From positions 1 through 64,000 of the forward strand of contig NGBS01000014.1 in the NCBI GenBank assembly GCA_002245135.1: a DNA stretch of 64,000 nucleotides, written 5' to 3'. Below, in pieces: positions 15,243 through 27,800 of this stretch. The stretch comes from Proteromonas lacertae. Lineage: Eukaryota. Made by a program: the position numbers and the translations under genes. The notes beneath the pieces are model-generated. The model was not told where the DNA came from. It worked only from the letters and a program-made list of their open reading frames with translations, and made no database searches. Position 1 is the first letter of the stretch, and each line of letters begins with the position of its first letter.

Positions 15243-17206
15243 GACATACAATAGTCGATCGAAGAAAAAAGGAGTTATATAAACAATGTCAAAAATACCC
15301 TCCTTTGGATTCTTTTTATAGCATTAATGAATCAATATTTCAGAAGAAATTTAAGTCAATTGGTGATTTATACTTTTTAGTCTATGTATATGCTACACAA
15401 TATGACTTTGAAGTAGTAGTTACTCATGGCAAAAATGTTAGCAAGGAAAAGACATTAAAATTTACTTGTAGTAAAGGAATGTGTCATTTTTATATCAAAG
15501 CAAAATATACTGATTATCAAGTTCATGTCAAATTTAATCCACATTCCCATCAGCTGAATATGGTAAGTAAAAAGATAATTAGTGTTATGACGGATGATAT
15601 TTTGAATGAAGTGCATTGTATGGTTATGCAGACAAGAAACACATCTAAAGAAATTATTAATGTTATAAAAAATAATTATAATATTTCAACTCGTGTTATA
15701 AAACAGATAGATTGTGAAGTAAATAAACTACGTCAAATGTTACGAGATGAAAATTCTGGTAGATACAAATTCTATGAAAGTATAAAATCAAAGTATACAT
15801 ATTTCGAAAATTCTCACTGTACTCTTGTCATTTTAGACAAAATAAGGTTAAGTAAGTATAGTACATTGTGTTGTGATGGTACTTTTTCTATTTTTCTTCG
15901 TCATGAACAGCTATATGTTATATACTCTCAAGTCAGTCCTTCTTTATTAATTATAGTAGCTTTCGCAATTACTCAAAATAAAACCAGTGATACATACAAA
16001 TTTATATTTAAGAATTTAAATCAATATTACAATATAAAGGCAGTTATTCACGACAAAGAGATGGCTGTTGTCAAAGCTCTAAAGGAATTAAATATTAAGT
16101 TTGTATTCGACACCTTTCATCTTCTTATGTGTGTAAAAGATAAGTTGCTTAAACATTTATTATATCAATACATTAAAGATCCTAGTTCAATAAATATTAA
16201 TGACTTAGATGAAAAATACAAAATCTATTTTAATAGGGATGGAATAACTAATTTTGGTATTTATGGATGTCATAGTAGTTCAGCAGTTGAATCTTTAAAT
16301 CACAAAATCAAAAACGATTTGAAATATAGGAAATCACGCTATGATAATGTATTGACAGTACTAGAAAAACTTCATCAACAACAATTTGATAAAATACAAT
16401 CAATTGCTTCTATAGAGAATGATAATAATTTATTATACCAAAATTTATTGTGGGAGGAGTGTAGTAGAAATATTTATAGAGAATTTGAGAGAGTGTATGA
16501 AGATAACTATTCTAGCACATTTGATGAAGAATCTAATTCATATTATATTAACAATGAGTACAAAATTACAATGAATAATACAAATATCCAGTGTAGTTGT
16601 TTTTTACATAACTTTAGTGGAGTACCATGTTCTCACATACTCTATATAATAATAAGATATGGATTAAACTTTGAAATTATTCATTTAATATCAAATGAAT
16701 GTTTCAAAAGATATTTTCAATCAACCATTCCTATAACAGATTACTATTTAGATTATGTTTATCCTGTTGATATAGAGATTATAAATAATACTATTCCTAG
16801 TGATGATGTAGATACTGATAATATTAATATTCCTATTAATGATAATGAGTTGGATAAAACAGATATTGAAATATTACAGAAAATAATTAGTAATATATAC
16901 AAAGCTGGCATGTTAAATGATATAGATGACACTGTTGAAGAAATATATCAACAAATTAAAAAACCACTTACCCAAAATCTTTATCACACTATATCTGAAA
17001 ATGACTTTAACAGTTTCATTAATAAGGATTATACGAATATAAAACAAGAATCAGCAGTAACAATATTATCAATTATCTATTTATTAATAAGTAAAATCAA
17101 AAAAGGATACATAATAATTGATAAGGATGCTGTACTAAACTACATTAATAATGAAGTGAAGAAGAGAAAAATAGTAATGGAAAAAAGACACAAAACATCA
17201 TACTAA
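15185..17206 (+). CDS. MULE DDE transposase, 673 aa, intronless
   Basis: N-terminal WRKY/FAR1-like Zn finger (CSKGMC...HSH); catalytic LCCDGT, IHDKE, D-x2-H (DTFH) and SSAVESLN; SWIM finger CSCFLHNFSGVPCSH. Confidence 0.92.
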   Translation: MNIITIDANDFVSVPTNDSRHTIVDRRKKELYKQCQKYPPLDSFYSINESIFQKKFKSIGDLYFLVYVYATQYDFEVVVTHGKNVSKEKTLKFTCSKGMCHFYIKAKYTDYQVHVKFNPHSHQLNMVSKKIISVMTDDILNEVHCMVMQTRNTSKEIINVIKNNYNISTRVIKQIDCEVNKLRQMLRDENSGRYKFYESIKSKYTYFENSHCTLVILDKIRLSKYSTLCCDGTFSIFLRHEQLYVIYSQVSPSLLIIVAFAITQNKTSDTYKFIFKNLNQYYNIKAVIHDKEMAVVKALKELNIKFVFDTFHLLMCVKDKLLKHLLYQYIKDPSSININDLDEKYKIYFNRDGITNFGIYGCHSSSAVESLNHKIKNDLKYRKSRYDNVLTVLEKLHQQQFDKIQSIASIENDNNLLYQNLLWEECSRNIYREFERVYEDNYSSTFDEESNSYYINNEYKITMNNTNIQCSCFLHNFSGVPCSHILYIIIRYGLNFEIIHLISNECFKRYFQSTIPITDYYLDYVYPVDIEIINNTIPSDDVDTDNINIPINDNELDKTDIEILQKIISNIYKAGMLNDIDDTVEEIYQQIKKPLTQNLYHTISENDFNSFINKDYTNIKQESAVTILSIIYLLISKIKKGYIIIDKDAVLNYINNEVKKRKIVMEKRHKTSY

Positions 17207-17323
17207 TGATAATATTATAACTTTTTTGAATTAAGATATTCTTATTGGAATTTATATTCTTTGTGTTAGTTGGATAAACAACTACAGCAATTGTTAAATG
17301 TTATTTACGATGATCATCAGAAA

Positions 17324-17341
17324 AACCCTAACCCTAACCCT
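17324..17341 (-). repeat. Short telomere-type (TTAGGG)3 tract inside the transposon
   Basis: aaccctaaccctaaccct on the + strand. Confidence 0.6.
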
Positions 17342-17395
17342 TTCTCCTTCTATTACTTCATCATTTATTCCATCTTCTATTATTTCATCTTCTAT

Positions 17396-19710
17396 TACTA
17401 TCATTAGTAGGAACTGATACAAAATCATTGGCATCAATAGTTATTATGTTCATGTATTATTTATTTTCAAGTATGATATAGAAAATAGATTATAAATTAT
17501 AATGCCACAAAATATGAAACGATTAAATATTTTTAAACATAAAAAAGTACTAGTTCATACTTGAAATACTAGATTACACTTTCAATAATTTTGTCAATAA
17601 TTTCTATTATATTGTTATTATTAATTCTATATTATTGAGTGATGTGATATAATGTATGTTGATATAGTGATATATGAGTTGCAGAAAGGACATCCTTCTG
17701 GAGCCATATCCTCCTTTCTGTCCTTTCTTCTCTCGTCTAGCCTGTAAGGAAATCGAACATGTTTTTTTCAAGAAGGACAGTATTCCTTTTGTGTCCCTTT
17801 ATTCAATATTTGTTTATCATAAATACTACATATATTATATATCCTATTGTTTATAAGACATATTAACCTGTTTAAGAACAAATATACCTATGTTCATTTC
17901 TATTAATCAAAATATTATGTAAATTTTATGCATTAAATCTATCTAAATAACATACTTATAAATGTATTGTTCATTTACATAAATAGCGTCACTTCATAAT
18001 AGAAATATCAAACAAATTGACATAATCTGAATATAATGTAAATTAATAAACTACTTATAACTAATTTGAATATATACAGTAAAATAAACTGATTAAATTT
18101 AGCTAAATTTTAATATTCATTAATTCACAGTATTTCAAAGAAACAGTAATTAATTTTTAGATTTATACATACGAATTTACAACATTACAAACATATGAAC
18201 ATAAAAAGAAACAATACTTAATCATAACACGAAATATTAAACTTTGAAATAAATCCAAGCTTGATTTCTTTTCAAGCTTTTTTATTTTATCATGTCATAT
18301 AAAAGACGTAGCAGCTTCATAGAATACAAACAATCCCAAACTCTAGAAGCTTAATAGAACATAGTTTTTCTATACAGGGATTGATACATAACAAACAGAG
18401 AAACAGATTAGGGAATAGCATATAAAATGGGATAAAAAATGAGTGAAAACAATTAAATGCAACTACAATATATTAAAAAAATAGTTAAATTGACAAATAA
18501 TATATTTATTTGTTAATTTTTCAGTAGGGCAGGAGTATAATGTGTTATATTGATATATATTGCTTAGTGATTGATTATTTTTACTATTTATTACAGAAAA
18601 ACTAAAAAGATAATAAAAAAGCAAAATGGACAAAAGGGACAGCTACAGGAAAACACTGGGTATTTTGAGCGTGTGAAAGGGACAAAAGTCGAAAAGGACG
18701 TCATTTGCCTAACTCAGTTCTAAATACATTCAAGTTCTTCGACAAGCTAACCATGTCATCTATATCTTTATCAATCTTTGAATGTTGAAAGTAAATGAAT
18801 CTTGTTCAACAATTGGCATATTTAATCCTAAAATTCATTGATATAGGCCAATTTAATATTAAGTAACATACACATATTAAATACACAAATTAAAGTATAA
18901 ATGTTAAATATTTGTGTAAATTATCAATTAATAAAAAGAATCAATTTCTGAAGAAGATATTCCTATAAATCCTATTACAACCATTACATTTCACATCCTG
19001 TATTCCATTATTACTACATTCAATATATCTTTGAGTATAATCCATTTCATATTTAAATATATCACTTAAATTTAGATTATATTCTCATTTTTCAATGCAA
19101 CTATGTTCTTTATTTCTTCAAGTGATATAGTAAGACTCTTTCTTAACCATTTTTGATTTATATTCCTTACTATCTGGCTTATCACGCATTCTTCCATATT
19201 TTTGAATCAATCCATTCCATAATAAATTTAGTCGTATGCTATTCTATCTATAATCTTTTCATAATTCTTTAAATCTAAACCAATTAAAAATATATATAAT
19301 TATACGAAGAATATGGACTTTTGATATATATATAATTGAAAATTATGATAAAGTTGAAATCTATTTAATTAAAATTAAAAATATGTTGCTATACATAACA
19401 AATGCTCAAAATATATAAATTTCAAATTCAAATCAAGCCAAATGCTTGACTAAATTTATATTTTTTCATTTTTCTCTTGAAATAACAAAATAATTAGAAT
19501 AAAAACTGGAGGTCCAATGTACAGTTATTATGTACAATAAATTTATATACAAAATTCTTATAATTATTCTAATGATTAACATTGATGATGTCTAAATACC
19601 ACACACAATTCAGAAAAGCTAAAATAATTTATAATAGTCAGACAAATTTCAATATGAGATTCATGGCGCTATTAGAAACAGCCTGTTCAAAATTTGAGCA
19701 GCTGCTCAAA
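17396..19710 (-). repeat. Right terminal inverted repeat arm (2315 bp)
   Basis: Reverse complement of 12928-15242. Confidence 0.95.
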
Positions 19711-19929
19711 TAAAAATACCCCATTTTTGTCTGTAATAACAATTAAAACAAAAAAATATTGAATGAAGTAAAATGCGTTTCATATATACTAAGTGGAAGC
19801 TTTAAAAAAATATATGGCATATGCAGCTTATATGCCAAAGTAAAGTTATATTTGAATATAACTCACTACTCTACTGCCATATTAGTTTTTTATAAAACTC
19901 TTTAATCTCCCAATAGATAAATAGCTCAC

Positions 19930-20175
19930 CCTTGTTATTTTTTCCCAAATCTTCCTAATTAAGAATGTCTGAACTGTCTTATCAACAGGATTACCATCTT
20001 TGAAACATTTATTTAAACAGAGCTGGATGGAATGTGTAAAAAACCTAATGTTACATATTTTAAGGTCTCTGATTGCTTTGATGACATTGTGAGCGTTATC
20101 AGTAGAGAATGAAAGAATGTTTAATTCAAACTTGTCTCTGACATACTCAACTACTTCGTAAATATTAATGGAATT
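19930..20175 (-). pseudogene. hAT-family transposase remnant
   Basis: Minus-strand translation ...LNILSFSTDNAHNVIKAIRDLKICNIRFFTHSIQLCLNKCF resembles the hAT TDNAxN...CxxHxLQL region (Cys lost); no start codon or full ORF. Boundaries approximate. Confidence 0.65.
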
Positions 20176-20792
20176 ATATTAAAATAAATATAATTTTGTG
20201 TAACCATATTATATTTACCAATTTCATTTAAGTTAAAATCTTATAATGATATAAAACTGTATTTCATTTTAAAATCTTCTATATTATAATTACTTCCAAG
20301 ATCACTTTTATATATAATGCCAAAGGCATTGTTCACTGTATGTAATGCATGGAATGTTAAAAGATTATGGTTGTATTAAGATAGATTAATAAATTTATTT
20401 TCTCCAGCTTTTTTGTTTTAAAACAAAAAATGAAATGTTTAGTAAATTGTTTATATGGCTGTAGCCTTAATATATATTATTACCTAGGTAATTTAACTCT
20501 TTCACCATTTAAGACAATTCAATGCAATTGATTCATTAAACATGAAGTTTATTAGATATTCCTCTTCTGGTTCATCATATGGTAAATATTTTGGCTATTC
20601 TTCAGGAGACTATAACTATTTCAATATTATTAAATCCATAATTAGCTGGATTGTTAATAAACATTAAAATAGGCAATAAGACGAAAACCACAAACCGAAT
20701 TATTTCTTATTCTTTGTTTTTCTCAATATTAAATGGACCAAACACAACTAAAGTTGACAATATTTTATATTGTGTATATTAAAATTAAGTAA

Positions 20793-21810
20793 TTACACTT
20801 TTGTGGCATTTGGATCCGGATCAGTGGCATTTGCTTCTTTGAGTATATTGAGTATCTCGTCATGACATACACCACTGCTAGCTAATAAGGATACAGTTCT
20901 TAATGTGTATGGCTCACCATGTAATCCTGTTACTCTTCCTCCTGCTTCCATCACTAATAAAGCGCCAGCTGAAACATCCCAAGGTGATAAATCAATTTCG
21001 AACCACGCATTAAATATACCACATGATGTAAATGCTAAATTTAAAGCTGCTGAACCACACATTCTTGTTGATCTGCATTTTAAAGCTAAAGCATTAGATC
21101 CACGTAATAAAGGAATCATTGCTGATGGCATATAATTAATACCAAATGCAATAAAACAATCTCTATTAACAATATTATTATCACAATTATTATACTTTAT
21201 ATTATCTTCTTTTCTAACATGAATTCTTTCATCATTTTTATAAGCTCCTTCACCTTTTATTGCATGATACACATCTGCTCGATATGGATCATATATAACT
21301 GCAGCTACAACTTCACCTTTGTGAGCTAAAGCAATAGAAACACAACTAAATGGCAATCCTTGAATGAAATTGGTTGTTCCATCGATTGGATCAACTACCC
21401 ACACCCATTCAGCTGAACAATATTCGTTCATTAACTAATTAAAGTGTAATTATTATACATACTTCTTCAGTTACTTTGATTGTTGCAACTGATTCTTCAC
21501 CTAACATTATATGAGAAGGAAAATTATCTTTCATCATTCTATTTATATTTTAAATGTGATTCTGAGTATATACTTCTCTATTGTTGCTTGACATTGTTTA
21601 TCAACTTTAGTTACAAGATCAGTAAATCTAAGTTTTGTTTTTTCTACTTCAGTATGTCCTATATGCATGTTAAATCTAAAAAAATACCAGCATTTTCTAT
21701 GATTAATTTACCAGCAGCTTTTCCTGCTTCAACCATAACATCATGAATTCTTTTTACTTCATCTATGCAACATCATGCAAATGAATAATACCAATATTCA
21801 CAGAAGACAT
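20793..21810 (-). CDS. IMPA: Inositol monophosphatase, multi-exon
   Basis: GEE, WVVDPIDGTTNF, GSAAL and WDVSAG motifs; ATG at 21810 (MSSVNI/DEVKRIHDVMVEAG). Confidence 0.92.
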
Positions 21811-21879
21811 TATTCAAGAAGTTTTTGACGATACAAAAAATAGAGTCGTTTTTAATTTTAAAAATAACAACTGAATTTA

Positions 21880-24800
21880 ATGTCATTCGTTATTAGAAGC
21901 AATAGACAATCCAGAAGAAGGAAGAATGCTATACCACAGTTAATAGCTAAGCTATATCCACCAGAACAAACCGTTAGCGTATATTTCATAATTTATAGTA
22001 TGTTTAGGTTAAGATCTTAGTATAATTTATTATATTTTATTATATGTTAGTCAGGAGTATATCCTGCTACACACGTATATTTTTCATTATTAATCTCTAG
22101 ACTTGTACTTCAGATGACTTACAAATACTATCTCAACGCCCTGATTTTCTCAAGAAAGTATGATATATCTATATATCTTTGTAGAAGAAGAAAGTTAAAG
22201 TTGAATACTTAGTTTCAAAGCCTTCAAGATATATTGATGAGCCAAAACCAAGAAAATACCCTGGTATCATGAAAAGACCCCAATTAAATGATTCCCAACA
22301 ACAACAACAGTTACAAACACCAAAGAAATTGAATGGCATTAGCAAAGGTCAGATTATCAAGTACACATCATTATCTAGTAAAACTCCAAATAAAAAGGAT
22401 AAAACATCAAATTTACCAAAATTAAAAATCGTATAAATACATTATCATAATTATAAATAGTTGAATTTTAGATTTAATGAATCAGAAGAAATAGAAATAC
22501 CAACCAATCCAGAGCTATACGAAATGATCAATAACAATATAAATGATGGAAATGAAATAGCAGAACCTGAATTTGTGAGAGAAGGAAGATTAGAAAGTGT
22601 TCCTGAAGAATCTCATGATTATTCTGATGAATGGTTTAATCCAGAAGATGAAGATGGTGATGATATTGAAGGTGAAGGGGTGATATTGAGAGAAGATGAA
22701 GTTGTTGTTGAAGAAGGAGAAGAAGAAGATAAATACAATAACAACATCAATAATAACAATCAAGAAGAGGAGGAAATAGAAGAGAATGAACAACTCAAAA
22801 ATAATGAATCTTTGAATGAATCATCTATCAATCTAAGCCAATCTCAACAATATATTGATGTATATATTGATGTATATATATATATATATAATAGGAGAAT
22901 AATGATTCATTAAAATACTTAGAGAATGAAAGTGATAGAGATTCACAAGGTGTATTAACGCCACTCAACAGAAGTATTACTCCAAGCCCAAAGAAAAGAG
23001 TATCATTCTTTAGTGAAGTATGTATATATTAATATTATATATATATATATAGAGTGTTTTACCAGGAGATGAATTAGATTATTCATACACTGAAAATGAT
23101 TATACCAAATATGAACCTAATGTGGAAAAGAATGAAGCAATTGAAGAAGAGTTTGAAGAATATGATGATTCAATATTTAAGAGTGATATTATTGGTAATT
23201 CAGTTATATTAAAGGTTAGAACAGGTGAATTAATAGATGTGGATGATGAAATAAAGGAGAGAAATCAGAAATTAAGATGTATGAAACACACCGAAGAAAG
23301 AATAAATGAAGTTAATAATAATAATAATAATGAATTAGAGAATCTTGAAGAAGAAAAAGAAGAAGAAAAGAATGATTCATATGAAATTCAATATATTGGT
23401 GAACCAATCACTGAATATAACGAATACCATAAAAGCAGAGTAGAAGAAGAAATGAAATTAATTGAAGAAGAGATGAAGAAAATCGAAGATGAGAATGATA
23501 TAATTAAAAGTGACTATGATTATGAATATATGGATGAAGATAATAATGAAGAAGAAGGAGGAGATGAATATGATGAAGAAGGAAATATAATCAATAAAGA
23601 GATAAATAATAATGAAGATGATATGGAGGTAAAAAGTACAAATAGTGAAAGATCATATGTTAGTGGCAGTAGTTCATGTGGTAGTAGTAATGGAGTTGAC
23701 GAGACATTGAGAGAAGAAGAGGAAGTTAATGATGAAGATCAAATGATATATCATTGTGATATATTGGGAATGTCGAAAATATTGAGAATAAAAAAGAAGA
23801 GTGTAGTAAAGAAAGAAAATGAAGAAGAAAGTGAATTAAATGGTAATAATAGATTAGAGAATGAAGAAAGTAAGATGAATGAAGATAATTCATATGAGAG
23901 TGAATTGAATAAGAATGAGAATAATGAAAAGAATGAGAATGAAGTGAAAGAAGAAAATGACTTAGTGAAATCAAAGGGATTATCAAATAATGAAGAATTG
24001 AATGAAGAAGTAAAGAATAAAGATAACAGAATGAGTGAAGAATGTGTAGAAGAGAGTGAATTATTAAAGAATGAAAGATTGTCAAATAGTGAAGTATTAA
24101 ATGAAATAAAAGATGGAATTGATTCACTTAAATCGAATATAAAAGAAAGAAAATATGTTGATGATGATGAATTGAGAAGAAAAGAAAGTGGAGTATATGA
24201 TGTGAAAGAATCATTAATTGATGATAATGAAGATGAAAATACTTTACATTCACAACTTATAGTAATTGAAGTATGTATATTGTGTTCATACTTATTATAT
24301 AGTTTACTTATGAAGAAAAGGAGATTATTGCTTATGAAAGTGAAATATATAGAGTAGGTGAAATGAAATCAACAGTTGTAGAATTAGAAGTATAAATATT
24401 ATACATTATATATATATTATATTTTAGAGTAAATATGTTGAGAATGAAGAACAGAGAAAAAGTAGCGTTGTGTATGATATTTCACAAGATTTAATGGAAG
24501 TTGGAGAAGTAAATGAACAGAATGAAGAGTTGAAAGTTGAAAACCTATCAACAGACAATGCAGAAAATGTAGAAGAAGCATCATTGATTAAGGATGATAA
24601 TCAATCAAACTTAAATGAAGAGAATAATGACAATTCACAAAGCAATGAAATAGGAAGTAGTAAAAACAGTAGTAGCTCAAATTCAGATGGTATAATAGAC
24701 GACGGAGTGATTGATGATGGTGATTACCATTCAAGTGAAGATGAAAATACCAAACAAGAAACAAAAAAGAATGAAATGGGAGAGAATACAATGAATAAAG

Positions 24801-27800
24801 AAGGTATAATAGATGATAATGAATATCACCAAGATGATGAAGATTTTACATTAAGTAAAACATATATTGATGAAAATGAAAGATCATTAGAATTAAATGA
24901 ATCTCAAATCTCTACAAAAGAAGTTGAATCTAGTGAAGATGAAACAACAATGTGTATAGATAATCTTAGCAATGAAAGTGGAAGTGGTAGTGATAAATCA
25001 AATAAAGATGGAATTATAAATGATACAAAATACAAACATACATCAAACAGTAGTTCTAATTCTGATGGTATAATAGATGACGGAGTGATTGATGACACTG
25101 AATATAATGAAGAAACTATTAATGATGTTAAAAAGACAATAGGCGAAAGTACAATGAAAAGTGAAGGGATTATTGATGATACTTTATATAATGCAGAAGA
25201 AGAAGAAGAACTTCAAAACAATAATATCAACAACAACAATAATAATGAATCAAGTAAAAGTGAAAATAATACAACAGTTGATCATAATATCGATTCACCA
25301 AGTTACAGTGATTATTATAATGAAGAAGAAGAAGAAGAATCAAAGAAAGAAAATAGCAACAGTAAAAATGGAAGTGGAAGTAATTCTGATGGTGTTATTG
25401 ATGATACTGAATATAATGAAGAAACTGTAAAAGATGAGAATTTGAATGAAGATGAATCATTAAAGGTAGAAAATAATATTAATGACGATTCAGAGTTATT
25501 GAATAATACAAATGAAGATTCATATGATTCAGTGAAAGATAGATATATAATAGAAGAAGGAAGAGAGGGAGAACATTCTGAGTTGAATAAATCTGAGAAT
25601 TATAACAATGATAATAGTGAATCATTGAATGATGAAAGTAGTAATAACATTGCTGAACCAGAAGTAGGTGAATATAGTTGTTATACAATTGATGAAACTT
25701 CAGTTGAAGATAGTGTTAAGAGTAAAAGTCAAGTAGATGATATATCTAGATTGAATGAAAGTAATATAAATAATGATGAAGAAGGAGTGAATCAAGAAGA
25801 AGAAAAAGTTGAAGAAAGTGAATTGATTAAAGCAGAAAATGTCAATACAACAAAAACAGTAAAGAATGAAGAAAAACCAACAATTGTATGATTAACTAAT
25901 ATTATTCTATTTTATTTATTAGAGACAATTCTTTGACAATCAAGAGAGTGTAAATGGCTATACATTTGATGATATTACTAAAATGGATCAAGAAGAATTC
26001 AACTCATTACCAATAGAAGAATATGAAAAATGGATTTTCCCAAACATAGATCAAGCCGAGCCAGAATTGACTGAAGATGATATAAAATGTATAGAATATT
26101 ATGTTATTTTTTGTAAATAGATTTAAAAGAGAATAGGCACAATGTAGGTAGTGAAACAAACAAAGTATTAGACAAAATACTCAGTAAAAATGGTTTAAAA
26201 TATGATCCAAGAAAGAAACAAGTCTCAGAAATATCAGAAGAATATAAAGAAGAAGAAAACAAGAAGAAATTAATAGACACAATGGAAAAAGCATCAAATT
26301 TCTACAAAATTATTGGAGATAAAAGTAGAAAGCATGTTGCTGAAAGAATAGAAAAATACATTCAAACTGAAAAAGTTGTTCAACCAGTTGTTGATGATAG
26401 TACAATAGATACAACCGAGAATACAATCGAGAATACAACCGAGAATGAGATTGAACAACAATCAATCAAAAGATCATCTTCCAAATTACACAAGAATGAA
26501 GATCTTCCACCAACTTGCCCAAGAATAGATACAAGTTGTAGTGATAAAAGATCATCATCATCATCATCTATTCTAAGTAGTCATAATAATAATAATAAAC
26601 GTAATAGTTTAACATCCAGTAGTTGTAGAAGTAGAAGTGGTAGAAGAAGGTCAATAACTCCAGCAAAAGTAGTGAGAAGTCCATTAGATGATTCCTGTCA
26701 CTTATGTTGTAAATTCTATGCAGGAACTGATGAATTTAATTATATGAAAATGAATGACTATCTTGAAATGAATAGAGGAAAATTGATTAGAAAAGTGGTG
26801 AGAGATTTACATTTCTTCTTCCCTTTACTTGGTGAAGTAATATGTGATCAAGAATTTAAAGAAACAGACAAAAATATATTTTCTACAACCCCAGAAATCC
26901 GTTACAATTTTAACCGTTTCATTGATTCTTTATTGGTTGGATTAGGTGTAAGACAAATTGAAGATGATAATTCAATGAAATGGATTACTGATGAAGTTTA
27001 CCCATGTTATGAATTAAAGAAAATAGTATTAAGAATGAGAGATTGTATTTTACAATTATTTGGTACTTGGATTATATATATTGAAAATTTGAATGAAATA
27101 ATTAATAATTTCAATATCACAGATGATGATTTACAATCTCCTAAAGAAGATGAAGATGATGAAAGTCCAATGATTGATTTAAGAACAACAATTGTAATGA
27201 GAAGAAATAGTGTTTATTATGAAAGATTACATCCTGTATTATTATTATTATTATATAATGTTATTTATAGATATTGAGTTTTTATTCAGGACATGAATCT
27301 GATGATAAATATTTATTAGATTACTTCAAATTAACTAAAAATGATTTAATTCAAGAAATATTAGATGATAAACACTTCTTTTACCCGTTACTAAATGATA
27401 AAAAGATAATTCCAGAATTCACAGAGAATGAAGTTGATGTAATGAGGGAAGAGCAAATTATTAGACAACACTTTAATGAACTATTAGATGATGTTTTATG
27501 TGAATTAAATATCAGACAAAAGATAGTTGGAGCTGATAAGAAAAGTCATCATTATATATGGAGTTATGGAGATTATTCAAAGTTAAAGAATGAAGAAAAA
27601 GGATTGATAATTAGAATAAAGAAGTGTTTGGAATTGATATATCCTAGATGGAAGATTTATATTGAGATATTGGAGAAGGCAATTGAATCATTTGGTAGTT
27701 ATGAAAGTAGTCCAGAATCATCTGTAGTTGATGATGATGAAGTAAGAGAAAGAGAAGAACAATTGGCAGATGAAGAAATAGGAAATGAAGAAGAAAATGA

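Larger units (their letters stand above)
12916..19722 (+). mobile_element. Mutator-like (MULE) DNA transposon, 6807 bp, with very long TIRs and a 9-bp TSD
   Basis: Direct repeat ATTTTTGTC at 12907-12915 and 19723-19731, placed symmetrically around inverted arms 12928-15242 / 17396-19710; central MULE transposase. Confidence 0.92.

Noticed and set aside
14782..17856. Identical 60-aa ORFs at 14782-14964 (-) and 17674-17856 (+) as genes
   Set aside because: They are mirror images within the TIRs, overlap a GC-rich repeat-like end, and show no recognisable motif.
12931..19707. MULE ends at GAGCAGC...GCTGCTC
   Set aside because: No TSD flanks those positions; the symmetric 9-bp TSD places the ends at 12916 and 19722.
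20320..20670. Possible small + strand gene between the hAT relic and IMPA
   Set aside because: Only a short open stretch, with no convincing start, splice model or homology.
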